From positions 558,001 to 622,000 of the forward strand of contig CAXKVF010000072.1 in the NCBI GenBank assembly GCA_964057225.1: a stretch of DNA of 64,000 nucleotides. Direction: 5' to 3'. The translations under genes were made by a program, and so were the position numbers. The notes below the pieces were generated by a model. That model saw only the letters and a program-made list of their open reading frames with translations. It was not told the origin of the DNA and searched no databases. The DNA comes from Auanema rhodensis. Lineage: Eukaryota; Animalia; Nematoda. Below are positions 25,122-38,688 of this stretch, one piece after another. Each line of letters starts with the position of its first letter. Position 1 is the stretch's first letter.

Positions 25122-28100
25122 GTACATTTAATTATCATAAATTAAAGTTCACGTAAATTTCAAAGTCATGGTTACCATGAACCAATATCAATAAAAATTT
25201 GTTTTTAGACTAATATGGACATGGGGAATCTAATTTTGAAAACCGCATCTCTTTATCTTTCACGTGAAGCGAGTTACATACCAAGTGCACATCACGTGTA
25301 CATTTAATTAGCATAAATTAAAGTTCACGTAAATTTCAAAGTCATGGTTACCATGAACCAATATCAATAAAATTTTGTTTTTAGACTAATATGGACATGG
25401 GGAATCTAATTTTGAAAACCGCATCTCTTTATCTTTCACGTGAAGCGAGTTACATACCAAGTGCACATCACGTGTACATTTAATTAGCATAAATTAAAGT
25501 TCACGTAAATTTCAAAGTCATGGTTACCATGAAGCAATATCAATAAAAATTTGTTTTTAGACTAATATGGACATGGGGAATCTAATTTTGAAAACCGCAT
25601 CTCTTTATCTTTCACGTGAAGCGAGTTACATACCAAGTGCACATCACGTGTACATTTAATTAGCATAAATTAAAGTTCACGTAAATTTCAAAGTCATGGT
25701 TACCATGAACCAATATCAATAAAAATTTGTTTTTAGACTAATATGGACATGGGGAATCTAATTTTGAAAACCGCATCTCTTTATCTTTCACGTGAAGCGA
25801 GTTACATACCAAGTGCACATCACGTGTACATTTAATTAGCATAAATTAAAGTTCACGTAAATTTCAAAGTCATGGTTACCATGAACCAATATCAATAAAA
25901 ATTTGTTTTTAGACTAATATGGACATGGGGAATCTAATTTTGGAAACCGCATCTCTTTATCTTTCACGTGAAGCGAGTTACATACCAAGTGCACATCACG
26001 TGTACATTTAATTAGCATAAATTAAAGTTCACGTAAATTTCAAAGTCATGGTTACCATGAAGCAATATCAATAAAAATTTGTTTTTAGACTAATATGGAC
26101 ATGGGGAATCTAATTTTGAAAACCGCATCTCTTTATCTTTCACGTGAAGCGAGTTACATACCAAGTGCACATCACGTGTACATTTAATTAGCATAAATTA
26201 AAGTTCACGTAAATTTCAAAGTCATGGTTACCATGAACCAATATCAATAAAAATTTGTTTTTAGACTAATATGGACATGGGGAATCTAATTTTGAAAACC
26301 GCATTTCTTTATCTTTCACGTGAAGCGAGTTACATACCAAGTGCACATCACGTGTACATTTAATTAGCATAAATTAAAGTTCACGTAAATTTCAAAGTCA
26401 TGGTTACCATGAACCAATATCAATAAAAATTTGTTTTTAGACTAATATGGACATGGGGAATCTAATTTTGAAAACCGCATCTCTTTATCTTTCACGTGAA
26501 GCGAGTTACATACCAAGTGCACATCACGTGTACATTTAATTAGCATAAATTAAAGTTCACGTAAATTTCAAAGTCATGGTTACCATGAAGCAATATCAAT
26601 AAAAATTTGTTTTTAGACTAATATGGACATGGGGAATCTAATTTTGAAAACCGCATCTCTTTATCTTTCACGTGAAGCGAGTTACATACCAAGTGCACAT
26701 CACGTGTACATTTAATTAGCATAAATTAAAGTTCACGTAAAATTCAAAGTCATGGTTACCATGCACCAATATCAATAAAAATTTGTTTTTAGACTAATAT
26801 GGACATGGGGAATCTAATTTTGAAAACCGCATCTCTTTATCTTTCACGTGAAGCGAGTTACATACCAAGTGCACATCACGTGTACATTTAATTAGCATAA
26901 ATTAAAGTTCACGTAAATTTCAAAGTCATGGTTACCATGAACCAATATCAATAAAAATTTGTTTTTAGACTAATATGGACATGGGGAATCTAATTTTGAA
27001 AACCGCATCTCTTTATCTTTCACGTGAAGCGAGTTACATACCAAGTGCACATCACGTGTACATTTAATTAGCATAAATTAAAGTTCACGTAAAATTCAAA
27101 GTCATGGTTACCATGAAGCAATATCAATAAAAATTTGTTTTTAGACTAATATGGACATGGGGAATCTAATTTTGAAAACCGCATCTCTTTATCTTTCACG
27201 TGAAGCGAGTTACATACCAAGTGCACATCACGTGTACATTTAATTAGCATAAATTAAAGTTCACGTAAATTTCAAAGTCATGGTTACCATGCACCAATAT
27301 CAATAAAAATTTGTTTTTAGACTAATATGGACATGGGGAATCTAATTTTGAAAACCGCATCTCTTTATCTTTCACGTGAAGCGAGTTACATACCAAGTGC
27401 ACATCACGTGTACATTTAATTAGCATAAATTAAAGTTCACGTAAATTTCAAAGTCATGGTTACCATGAACCAATATCAATAAAAATTTGTTTTTAGACTA
27501 ATATGGACATGGGGAATCTAATTTTGAAAACCGCATCTCTTTATCTTTCACGTGAAGCGAGTTACATACCAAGTGCACATCACGTGTACATTTAATTAGC
27601 ATAAATTAAAGTTCACGTAAATTTCAAAGTCATGGTTACCATGAACCAATATCAATAAAAATTTGTTTTTAGACTAATATGGACATGGGGAATCTAATTT
27701 TGAAAACCGCATTTCTTTATCTTTCACGTGAAGCGAGTTACATACCAAGTGCACATCACGTGTACATTTAATTAGCATAAATTAAAGTTCACGTAAATTT
27801 CAAAGTCATGGTTACCATGCACCAATATCAATAAAAATTTGTTTTTAGACTAATATGGACATGGGGAATCTAATTTTGAAAACCGCATCTCTTTATCTTT
27901 CACGTGAAGCGAGTTACATACCAAGTGCACATCACGTGTACATTTAATTAGCATAAATTAAAGTTCACGTAAATTTCAAAGTCATGGTTACCATGCACCA
28001 ATATCAATAAAAATTTGTTTTTAGACTAATATGGACATGGGGAATCTAATTTTGAAAACCGCATTTCTTTATCTTTCACGTGAAGCGAGTTACATACCAA

Positions 28101-29008
28101 GTGCACATCACGTGTACATTTAATTAGCATAAATTAAAGTTCACGTAAATTTCAAAGTCATGGTTACCATGCACCAATATCAATAAAAATTTGTTTTTAG
28201 ACTAATATGGACATGGGGAATCTAATTTTGAAAACCGCATCTCTTTATCTTTCACGTGAAGCGAGTTACATACCAAGTGCACATCACGTGTACATTTAAT
28301 TAGCATAAATTAAAGTTCACGTAAATTTCAAAGTCATGGTTACCATAAACCAATATCAATAAAAATTTGTTTTTAGACTAATATGGACATGGGGAATCTA
28401 ATTTTGAAAACCGCATCTCTTTATCTTTCACGTGAAGCGAGTTACATACCAAGTGCACATCACGTGTACATTTAATTAGCATAAATTAAAGTTCACGTAA
28501 AATTCAAAGTCATGGTTACCATGAACCAATATCAATAAAAATTTGTTTTTAGACTAATATGGACATGGGGAATCTAATTTTGAAAACCGCATCTCTTTAT
28601 CTTTCACGTGAAGCGAGTTACATACCAAGTGCACATCACGTGTACATTTAATTAGCATAAATTAAAGTTCACGTAAATTTCAAAGTCATGGTTACCATGA
28701 ACCAATATCAATAAAAATTTGTTTTTAGACTAATATGGACATGAGGAATCTAATTTTGAAAACCGCATCTCTTTATCTTTCACGTGAAGCGAGTTACATA
28801 CCAAGTGCACATCACGTGTACATTTAATTAGCATAAATTAAAGTTCACGTAAATTTCAAAGTCATGGTTACCATGAAGCAATATCAATAAAAATTTGTTT
28901 TTAGACTAATATGGACATGGGGAATCTAATTTTGAAAACCGCTTCTCTTTATCTTTCACGTGAAGCGAGTTACATACCAAGTGCACATCACGTGTACATT
29001 TAATTAGC

Positions 29009-32000
29009 ATAAATTAAAGTTCACGTAAATTTCAAAGTCATGGTTACCATGAACCAATATCAATAAAAATTTGTTTTTAGACTAATATGGACATGGGGAA
29101 TCTAATTTTGAAAACCGCATCTCTTTATCTTTCACGTGAAGCGAGTTACATACCAAGTGCACATCACGTGTACATTTAATTAGCATAAATTAAAGTTCAC
29201 GTAAATTTCAAAGTCATGGTTACCATGAACCAATATCAATAAAAATTTGTTTTTAGACTAATATGGACATGGGTAATCTAATTTTGAAAACCGCATCTCT
29301 TTATCTTTCACGTGAAGCGAGTTACATACCAAGTGCACATCACGTGTACATTTAATTAGCATAAATTAAAGTTCACGTAAATTTCAAAGTCATGGTTACC
29401 ATGCACCAATATCAATAAAAATTTGTTTTTAGACTAATATGGACATGGGGAATCTAATTTTGAAAACCGCATCTCTTTATCTTTCACGTGAAGCGAGTTA
29501 CATACCAAGTGCACATCACGTGTACATTTAATTAGCATAAATTAAAGTTCACGTAAATTTCAAAGTTATGGTTACCATGCACCAATATCAATAAAAATTT
29601 GTTTTTAGACTAATATGGACATGGGGAATCTAATTTTGAAAACCGCATCTCTTTATCTTTCACGTGAAGCGAGTTACATACCAAGTGCACATCACGTGTA
29701 CATTTAATTAGCATAAATTAAAGTTCACGTAAATTTCAAAGTCATGGTTACCATGAACCAATATCAATAAAAATTTGTTTTTAGACTAATATGGACATGG
29801 GGAATCTAATTTTGAAAACCGCATCTCTTTATCTTTCACGTGAAGCGAGTTACATACCAAGTGCACATCACGTGTACATTTAATAAGCATAAATTAAAGT
29901 TCACGTAAATTTCAAAGTCATGGTTACCATGAACCAATATCAATAAAAATTTGTTTTTAGACTAATATGCACATGGGGAATCTAATTTTGAAAACCGCAT
30001 CTCTTTATCTTTCACGTGAAGCGAGTTACATACCAAGCGCACATCACGTGTACATTTAATTAGCATAAATTAAAGTTCACGTAAATTTCAAAGTCATGGT
30101 TACCATGAACCAATATCAATAAAAATTTGTTTTTAGACTAATATGGACATGGGGAATCTAATTTTGAAAACCGCATCTCTTTATCTTTCACGTGAAGCGA
30201 GTTACATACCAAGTGCACATCACGTGTACATTTAATTAGCATAAATTAAAGTTCACGTAAATTTCAAAGTCATGGTTACCATGAAGCAATATCAATAAAA
30301 ATTTGTTTTTAGACTAATATGGACATGGGGAATCTAATTTTGAAAACCGCTTCTCTTTATCTTTCACGTGAAGCGAGTTACATACCAAGTGCACATCACG
30401 TGTACATTTAATTAGCATAAATTAAAGTTCACGTAAATTTCAAAGTCATGGTTACCATGAAGCAATATCAATAAAAATTTGTTTTTAGACTAATATGGAC
30501 ATGAAGAATCTAATTTTGAAAACCGCATCTCTTTATCTTTCACGTGAAGCGAGTTACATACCAAGTGCACATCACGTGTACATTTAATTAGCATAAATTA
30601 AAGTTCACGTAAATTTCAAAGTCAAGGTTACCATGAACCAATATCAATAAAAATTTGTTTTTAGACTAATATGGACATGGGGAATCTAATTTTGAAAACC
30701 GCATCTCTTTATCTTTCACGTGAAGCGAGTTACATACCAAGTGCACATCACGTGTACATTTAATTAGCATAAATTAAAGTTCACGTAAATTTCAAAGTCA
30801 TGGTTACCATGAACCAATATCAATAAAAATTTGTTTTTAGACTAATATGGACATGGGTAATCTAATTTTGAAAACCGCATCTCTTTATCTTTCACGTGAA
30901 GCGAGTTACATACCAAGTGCACATCACGTGTACATTTAATTAGCATAAATTAAAGTTCACGTAAATTTCAAAGTCATGGTTACCATGCACCAATATCAAT
31001 AAAAATTTGTTTTTAGACTAATATGGACATGGGGAATCTAATTTTGAAAACCGCATCTCTTTATCTTTCACGTGAAGCGAGTTACATACCAAGTGCACAT
31101 CACGTGTACATTTAATTAGCATAAATTAAAGTTCACGTAAATTTCAAAGTCATGGTTACCATGAACCAATATCAATAAAAATTTGTTTTTAGACTAATAT
31201 GGACATGGGGAATCTAATTTTGAAAACCGCATCTCTTTATCTTTCACGTGAAGCGAGTTACATACCAAGTGCACATCACGTGTACATTTAATTAGCATAA
31301 ATTAAAGTTCACGTAAATTTCAAAGTCATGGTTACCATGAACCAATATCAATAAAAATTTGTTTTTAGACTAATATGGACATGGGTAATCTAATTTTGAA
31401 AACCGCATCTCTTTATCTTTCACGTGAAGCGAGTTACATACCAAGTGCACATCACGTATACATTTAATTAGCATAAATTAAAGTTCACGTAAATTTCAAA
31501 GTCATGGTTACCATGCACCAATATCAATAAAAATTTGTTTTTAGACTAATATGGACATGGGGAATCTAATTTTGAAAACCGCATCTCTTTATCTTTCACG
31601 TGAAGCGAGTTACATACCAAGTGCACATCACGTGTACATTTAATTAGCATAAATTAAAGTTCACGTAAATTTCAAAGTCATGGTTACCATGAACCAATAT
31701 CAATAAAAATTTGTTTTTAGACTAATATGGACATGGGGAATCTAATTTTGAAAACCGCATCTCTTTATCTTTCACGTGAAGCGAGTTACATACCAAGTGC
31801 ACATCACGTGTACATTTAATTAGCATAAATTAAAGTTCACGTAAATTTCAAAGTCATGGTTACCATGAAGCAATATCAATAAAAATTTGTTTTTAGACTA
31901 ATATGGACATGGGGAATCTAATTTTGAAAACCGCATCTCTTTATCTTTCACGTGAAGCGAGTTACATACCAAGTGCACATCACGTGTACATTTAATTAGC

Positions 32001-34992
32001 ATAAATTAAAGTTCACGTAAATTTCAAAGTCATGGTTACCATGAACCAATATCAATAAAAATTTGTTTTTAGACTAATATGGACATGGGGAATCTAATTT
32101 TGAAAACCGCATCTCTTTATCTTTCACGTGAAGCGAGTTACATACCAAGTGCACATCACGTGTACATTTAATTAGCATAAATTAAAGTTCACGTAAATTT
32201 CAAAGTCATGGTTACCATGAACCAATATCAATAAAAATTTGTTTTTAGACTAATATGGACATGGGTAATCTAATTTTGAAAACCGCATCTCTTTATCTTT
32301 CACGTGAAGCGAGTTACATACCAAGTGCACATCACGTGTACATTTAATTAGCATAAATTAAAGTTCACGTAAATTTCAAAGTCATGGTTACCATGCACCA
32401 ATATCAATAAAAATTTGTTTTTAGACTAATATGGACATGGGGAATCTAATTTTGAAAACCGCATCTCTTTATCTTTCACGTGAAGCGAGTTACATACCAA
32501 GTGCACATCACGTGTACATTTAATTAGCATAAATTAAAGTTCACGTAAATTTCAAAGTTATGGTTACCATGCACCAATATCAATAAAAATTTGTTTTTAG
32601 ACTAATATGGACATGGGGAATCTAATTTTGAAAACCGCATCTCTTTATCTTTCACGTGAAGCGAGTTACATACCAAGTGCACATCACGTGTACATTTAAT
32701 TAGCATAAATTAAAGTTCACGTAAATTTCAAAGTCATGGTTACCATGAACCAATATCAATAAAAATTTGTTTTTAGACTAATATGGACATGGGGAATCTA
32801 ATTTTGAAAACCGCATCTCTTTATCTTTCACGTGAAGCGAGTTACATACCAAGTGCACATCACGTGTACATTTAATTAGCATAAATTAAAGTTCACGTAA
32901 ATTTCAAAGTCATGGTTACCATGAACCAATATCAATAAAAATTTGTTTTTAGACTAATATGCACATGGGGAATCTAATTTTGAAAACCGCATCTCTTTAT
33001 CTTTCACGTGAAGCGAGTTACATACCAAGCGCACATCACGTGTACATTTAATTAGCATAAATTAAAGTTCACGTAAATTTCAAAGTCATGGTTACCATGA
33101 ACCAATATCAATAAAAATTTGTTTTTAGACTAATATGGACATGGGGAATCTAATTTTGAAAACCGCATCTCTTTATCTTTCACGTGAAGCGAGTTACATA
33201 CCAAGTGCACATCACGTGTACATTTAATTAGCATAAATTAAAGTTCACGTAAATTTCAAAGTCATGGTTACCATGAAGCAATATCAATAAAAATTTGTTT
33301 TTAGACTAATATGGACATGGGGAATCTAATTTTGAAAACCGCTTCTCTTTATCTTTCACGTGAAGCGAGTTACATACCAAGTGCACATCACGTGTACATT
33401 TAATTAGCATAAATTAAAGTTCACGTAAATTTCAAAGTCATGGTTACCATGAAGCAATATCAATAAAAATTTGTTTTTAGACTAATATGGACATGAAGAA
33501 TCTAATTTTGAAAACCGCATCTCTTTATCTTTCACGTGAAGCGAGTTACATACCAAGTGCACATCACGTGTACATTTAATTAGCATAAATTAAAGTTCAC
33601 GTAAATTTCAAAGTCAAGGTTACCATGAACCAATATCAATAAAAATTTGTTTTTAGACTAATATGGACATGGGGAATCTAATTTTGAAAACCGCATCTCT
33701 TTATCTTTCACGTGAAGCGAGTTACATACCAAGTGCACATCACGTGTACATTTAATTAGCATAAATTAAAGTTCACGTAAATTTCAAAGTCATGGTTACC
33801 ATGAACCAATATCAATAAAAATTTGTTTTTAGACTAATATGGACATGGGTAATCTAATTTTGAAAACCGCATCTCTTTATCTTTCACGTGAAGCGAGTTA
33901 CATACCAAGTGCACATCACGTGTACATTTAATTAGCATAAATTAAAGTTCACGTAAATTTCAAAGTCATGGTTACCATGCACCAATATCAATAAAAATTT
34001 GTTTTTAGACTAATATGGACATGGGGAATCTAATTTTGAAAACCGCATCTCTTTATCTTTCACGTGAAGCGAGTTACATACCAAGTGCACATCACGTGTA
34101 CATTTAATTAGCATAAATTAAAGTTCACGTAAATTTCAAAGTCATGGTTACCATGAACCAATATCAATAAAAATTTGTTTTTAGACTAATATGGACATGG
34201 GGAATCTAATTTTGAAAACCGCATCTCTTTATCTTTCACGTGAAGCGAGTTACATACCAAGTGCACATCACGTGTACATTTAATTAGCATAAATTAAAGT
34301 TCACGTAAATTTCAAAGTCATGGTTACCATGAACCAATATCAATAAAAATTTGTTTTTAGACTAATATGGACATGGGTAATCTAATTTTGAAAACCGCAT
34401 CTCTTTATCTTTCACGTGAAGCGAGTTACATACCAAGTGCACATCACGTATACATTTAATTAGCATAAATTAAAGTTCACGTAAATTTCAAAGTCATGGT
34501 TACCATGCACCAATATCAATAAAAATTTGTTTTTAGACTAATATGGACATGGGGAATCTAATTTTGAAAACCGCATCTCTTTATCTTTCACGTGAAGCGA
34601 GTTACATACCAAGTGCACATCACGTGTACATTTAATTAGCATAAATTAAAGTTCACGTAAATTTCAAAGTCATGGTTACCATGAACCAATATCAATAAAA
34701 ATTTGTTTTTAGACTAATATGGACATGGGGAATCTAATTTTGAAAACCGCATCTCTTTATCTTTCACGTGAAGCGAGTTACATACCAAGTGCACATCACG
34801 TGTACATTTAATTAGCATAAATTAAAGTTCACGTAAATTTCAAAGTCATGGTTACCATGAAGCAATATCAATAAAAATTTGTTTTTAGACTAATATGGAC
34901 ATGGGGAATCTAATTTTGAAAACCGCATCTCTTTATCTTTCACGTGAAGCGAGTTACATACCAAGTGCACATCACGTGTACATTTAATTAGC
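29009..34992. repeat. 17-monomer (2992 bp) tandem duplication
   Basis: ATGCAC 29970/32962, ATGAAGAATC 30501/33493 and GTCAAGG 30625/33617, plus AAGCGC, GCTTCT, GTTATG and CACGTATA variants, all at a 2992-bp offset. Confidence 0.92.
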
Positions 34993-37900
34993 ATAAATTA
35001 AAGTTCACGTAAATTTCAAAGTCATGGTTACCATGAACCAATATCAATAAAAATTTGTTTTTAGACTAATATGGACATGGGGAATCTAATTTTGAAAACC
35101 GCATCTCTTTATCATTCACGTGAAGCGAGTTACATACCAAGTGCACATCACGTGTACATTTAATTAGCATAAATTAAAGTTCACGTAAATTTCAAAGTCA
35201 TGGTTACCATGAAGCAATATCAATAAAAATTTGTTTTTAGACTAATATGGACATGGGGAATCTAATTTTGAAAACCGCATCTCTTTATCTTTCACGTGAA
35301 GCGAGTTACATACCAAGTGCACATCACGTGTACATTTAATTAGCATAAATTAAAGTTCACGTAAATTTCAAAGTCATGGTTACCATGAAGCAATATCAAT
35401 AAAAATTTGTTTTTAGACTAATATGGACATGGGGAATCTAATTTTGAAAACCGCATCTCTTTATCTTTCACGTGAAGCGAGTTACATACCAAGTGCACAT
35501 CACGTGTACATTTAATTAGCATAAATTAAAGTTCACGTAAATTTTAAAGTCATGGTTACCATGAACCAATATCAATAAAAATTTGTTTTTAGACTAATAT
35601 GGACATGGGGAATCTAATTTTGAAAACCGCATCTCTTTATCTTTCACGTGAAGCGAGTTACATACCAAGTGCACATCACGTGTACATTTAATTAGCATAA
35701 ATTAAAGTTCACGTAAATTTCAAAGTCATGGTTACCATGAACCAATATCAATAAAAATTTGTTTTTAGACTAATATGGACATGGGGAATCTAATTTTGAA
35801 AACCGCATCTCTTTATCTTTCACGTGAAGCGAGTTACATACCAAGTGCACATCACGTGTACATTTAATTAGCATAAATTAAAGTTCACGTAAATTTCAAA
35901 GTCATGGTTACCATGAACCAATATCAATAAAAATTTGTTTTTAGACTAATATGGACATGGGGAATCTAATTTTGAAAACCGCATCTCTTTATCTTTCACG
36001 TGAAGCGAGTTACATACCAAGTGCACATCACGTGTACATTTAATTAGCATAAATTAAAGTTCACGTAAATTTCAAAGTCATGGTTACCATGAACCAATAT
36101 CAATAAAAATTTGTTTTTAGACTAATATGGACATGGGGAATCTAATTTTGAAAACCGCATTTCTTTATCTTTCACGTGAAGCGAGTTACATACCAAGTGC
36201 ACATCACGTGTACATTTAATTAGCATAAATTAAAGTTCACGTAAATTTCAAAGTCATGGTTACCATGAAGCAATATCAATAAAAATTTGTTTTTAGACTA
36301 ATATGGACATGGGGAATCTAATTTTGAAAACCGCATATCTTTATCTTTCACGTGAAGCGAGTTACATACCAAGTGCACATCACGTGTACATTTAATTAGC
36401 ATAAATTAAAGTTCACGTAAAATTTAAAGTCATGGTTACCATGAAGCAATATCAATAAAAATTTGTTTTTAGACTAATATGGACATGGGGAATCTAATTT
36501 TGAAAACCGCATCTCTTTATCTTTCACGTGAAGCGAGTTACATACCAAGTGCACATCACGTGTACATTTAATTAGCATAAATTAAAGTTCACGTAAATTT
36601 CAAAGTCATGGTTACCATGAACCAATATCAATAAAAATTTGTTTTTAGACTAATATGGACATGGGGAATCTAATTTTGAAAACCGCATCTCTTTATCTTT
36701 CACGTGAAGCGAGTTACATACCAAGTGCACATCACGTGTACATTTAATTAGCATAAATTAAAGTTCACGTAAATTTCAAAGTCATGGTTACTATGAAGCA
36801 ATATCAATAAAAATTTGTTTTTAGACTAATATGGACATGGGGAATCTAATTTTGAAAGCCGCATCTCTTTATCTTTCACGTGAAGCGAGTTACATACCAA
36901 GTGCACATCACGTGTACATTTAATTAGCATAAATTAAAGTTCACGTAAATTTCAAAGTCATGGTTACCATGCACCAATATCAATAAAAATTTGTTTTTAG
37001 ACTAATATGGACATGGGGAATCTAATTTTGAAAACCGCATCTCTTTATCTTTCACGTGAAGCGAGTTACATACCAAGTGCACATCACGTGTACATTTAAT
37101 TAGCATAAATTTAAGTTCACGTAAATTTCAAAGTCATGGTTACCATGCACCAATATCAATAAAAATTTGTTTTTAGACTAATATGGACATGGGGGATCTA
37201 ATTTCGAAAACCGCATCTCTTTATCTTTCACGTGAAGCGAGTTACATACCAAGTGCACATCACGTGTACATTTAATTAGCATAAATTTAAGTTCACGTAA
37301 ATTTCAAAGTCATGGTTACCATGCACCAATATCAATAAAAATTTGTTTTTAGACTAATATGGACATGGGGAATCTAATTTTGAAAACCGCATCTCTTTAT
37401 CTTTCACGTGAAGCGAGTTACATACCAAGTGCACAGCACGTGTACATTTAATTAGCATAAATTAAAGTTCACGTAAATTTCAAAGTCATGGTTACCATGA
37501 ACCAATATCAATAAAAATTTGTTTTTAGACTAATATGGACATGGGGAATCTAATTTTGAAAACCGTATCTCTTTATCTTTCACGTGAAGCGAGTTACATA
37601 CCAAGTGCACATCACGTGTACATTTAATTAGCATAAATTAAAGTTCACGTAAATTTCAAAGTCATGGTTACCATGAACCAATGTCAATAAAAATTTGTTT
37701 TTAGACTAATATGGACATGGGGAATCTAATTTTGAAAACCGCATCTCTTTATCTTTCACGTGAAGCGAGTTACATACCAAGTGCACATCACGTGTACATT
37801 TAATTAGCATAAATTAAAGTTCACGTAAATTTCAAAGTCATGGTTACCATGAAGCAATATCAATAAAAATTTGTTTTTAGACTAATATGGACATGGGGAA

Positions 37901-38688
37901 TCTAATTTTGAAAACCGCATCTCTTTATCTTTCACGTGAAGCGAGTTACATACCAAGTGCACATCACGTGTACATTTAATTAGCATAAATTAAAGTTCAC
38001 GTAAATTTCAAAGTCATGGTTACCATGAACCAATATCAATAAAAATTTGTTTTTAGACTAATATGGACATGGGGAATCTAATTTTGAAAACCGCATCTCT
38101 TTATCTTTCACGTGAAGCGAGTTACATACCAAGTGCACATCACGTGTACATTTAATTAGCATAAATTAAAGTTCACGTAAATTTCAAAGTCATGGTTACC
38201 ATGAAGCAATATCAATAAAAATTTGTTTTTCGACTAATATGGACATGGAGAATCTAATTTTGAAAACCGCATTTCTTTATCTTTCACGTGAAGCGAGTTA
38301 CATACCAAGTGCACATCACGTGTACATTTAATTAGCATAAATTAAAGTTCACGTAAATTTCAAAGTCATGGTTACCATGCACCAATATCAATAAAAATTT
38401 GTTTTTAGACTAATATGGACATGGGGAATCTAATTTTGAAAACCGCATCTCTTTATCTTTCACGTGAAGCGAGTTACATACCAAGTGCACATCACGTGTA
38501 CATTTAATTAGCATAAATTAAAGTTCACGTAAATTTCAAAGTCATGGTTACCATGAAGCAATATCAATACAAATTTGTTTTTAGACTAATATGGACATGG
38601 GGAATCTAATTTTGAAAACCGCATCTCTTTATCTTTCACGTGAAGCGAGTTACATACCAAGTGCACATCACGTGTACATTTAATTAGC

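Larger units (their letters stand above)
22881..25488. repeat. 7-monomer (1232 bp) tandem duplication; the second copy carries the 140-bp insertion
   Basis: TTCGACT 22951/24183 and TAAAGTTC 23254/24486 (offset 1232); ATTATC 23759/25135 (offset 1232+144). Confidence 0.88.

Noticed and set aside
25096-25125. TTCG and CCCG in the insert resembling a CENP-B box
   Set aside because: Order and spacing do not fit TTCGnnnnAnnCGGG on either strand, and the monomer has no CENP-B box either.
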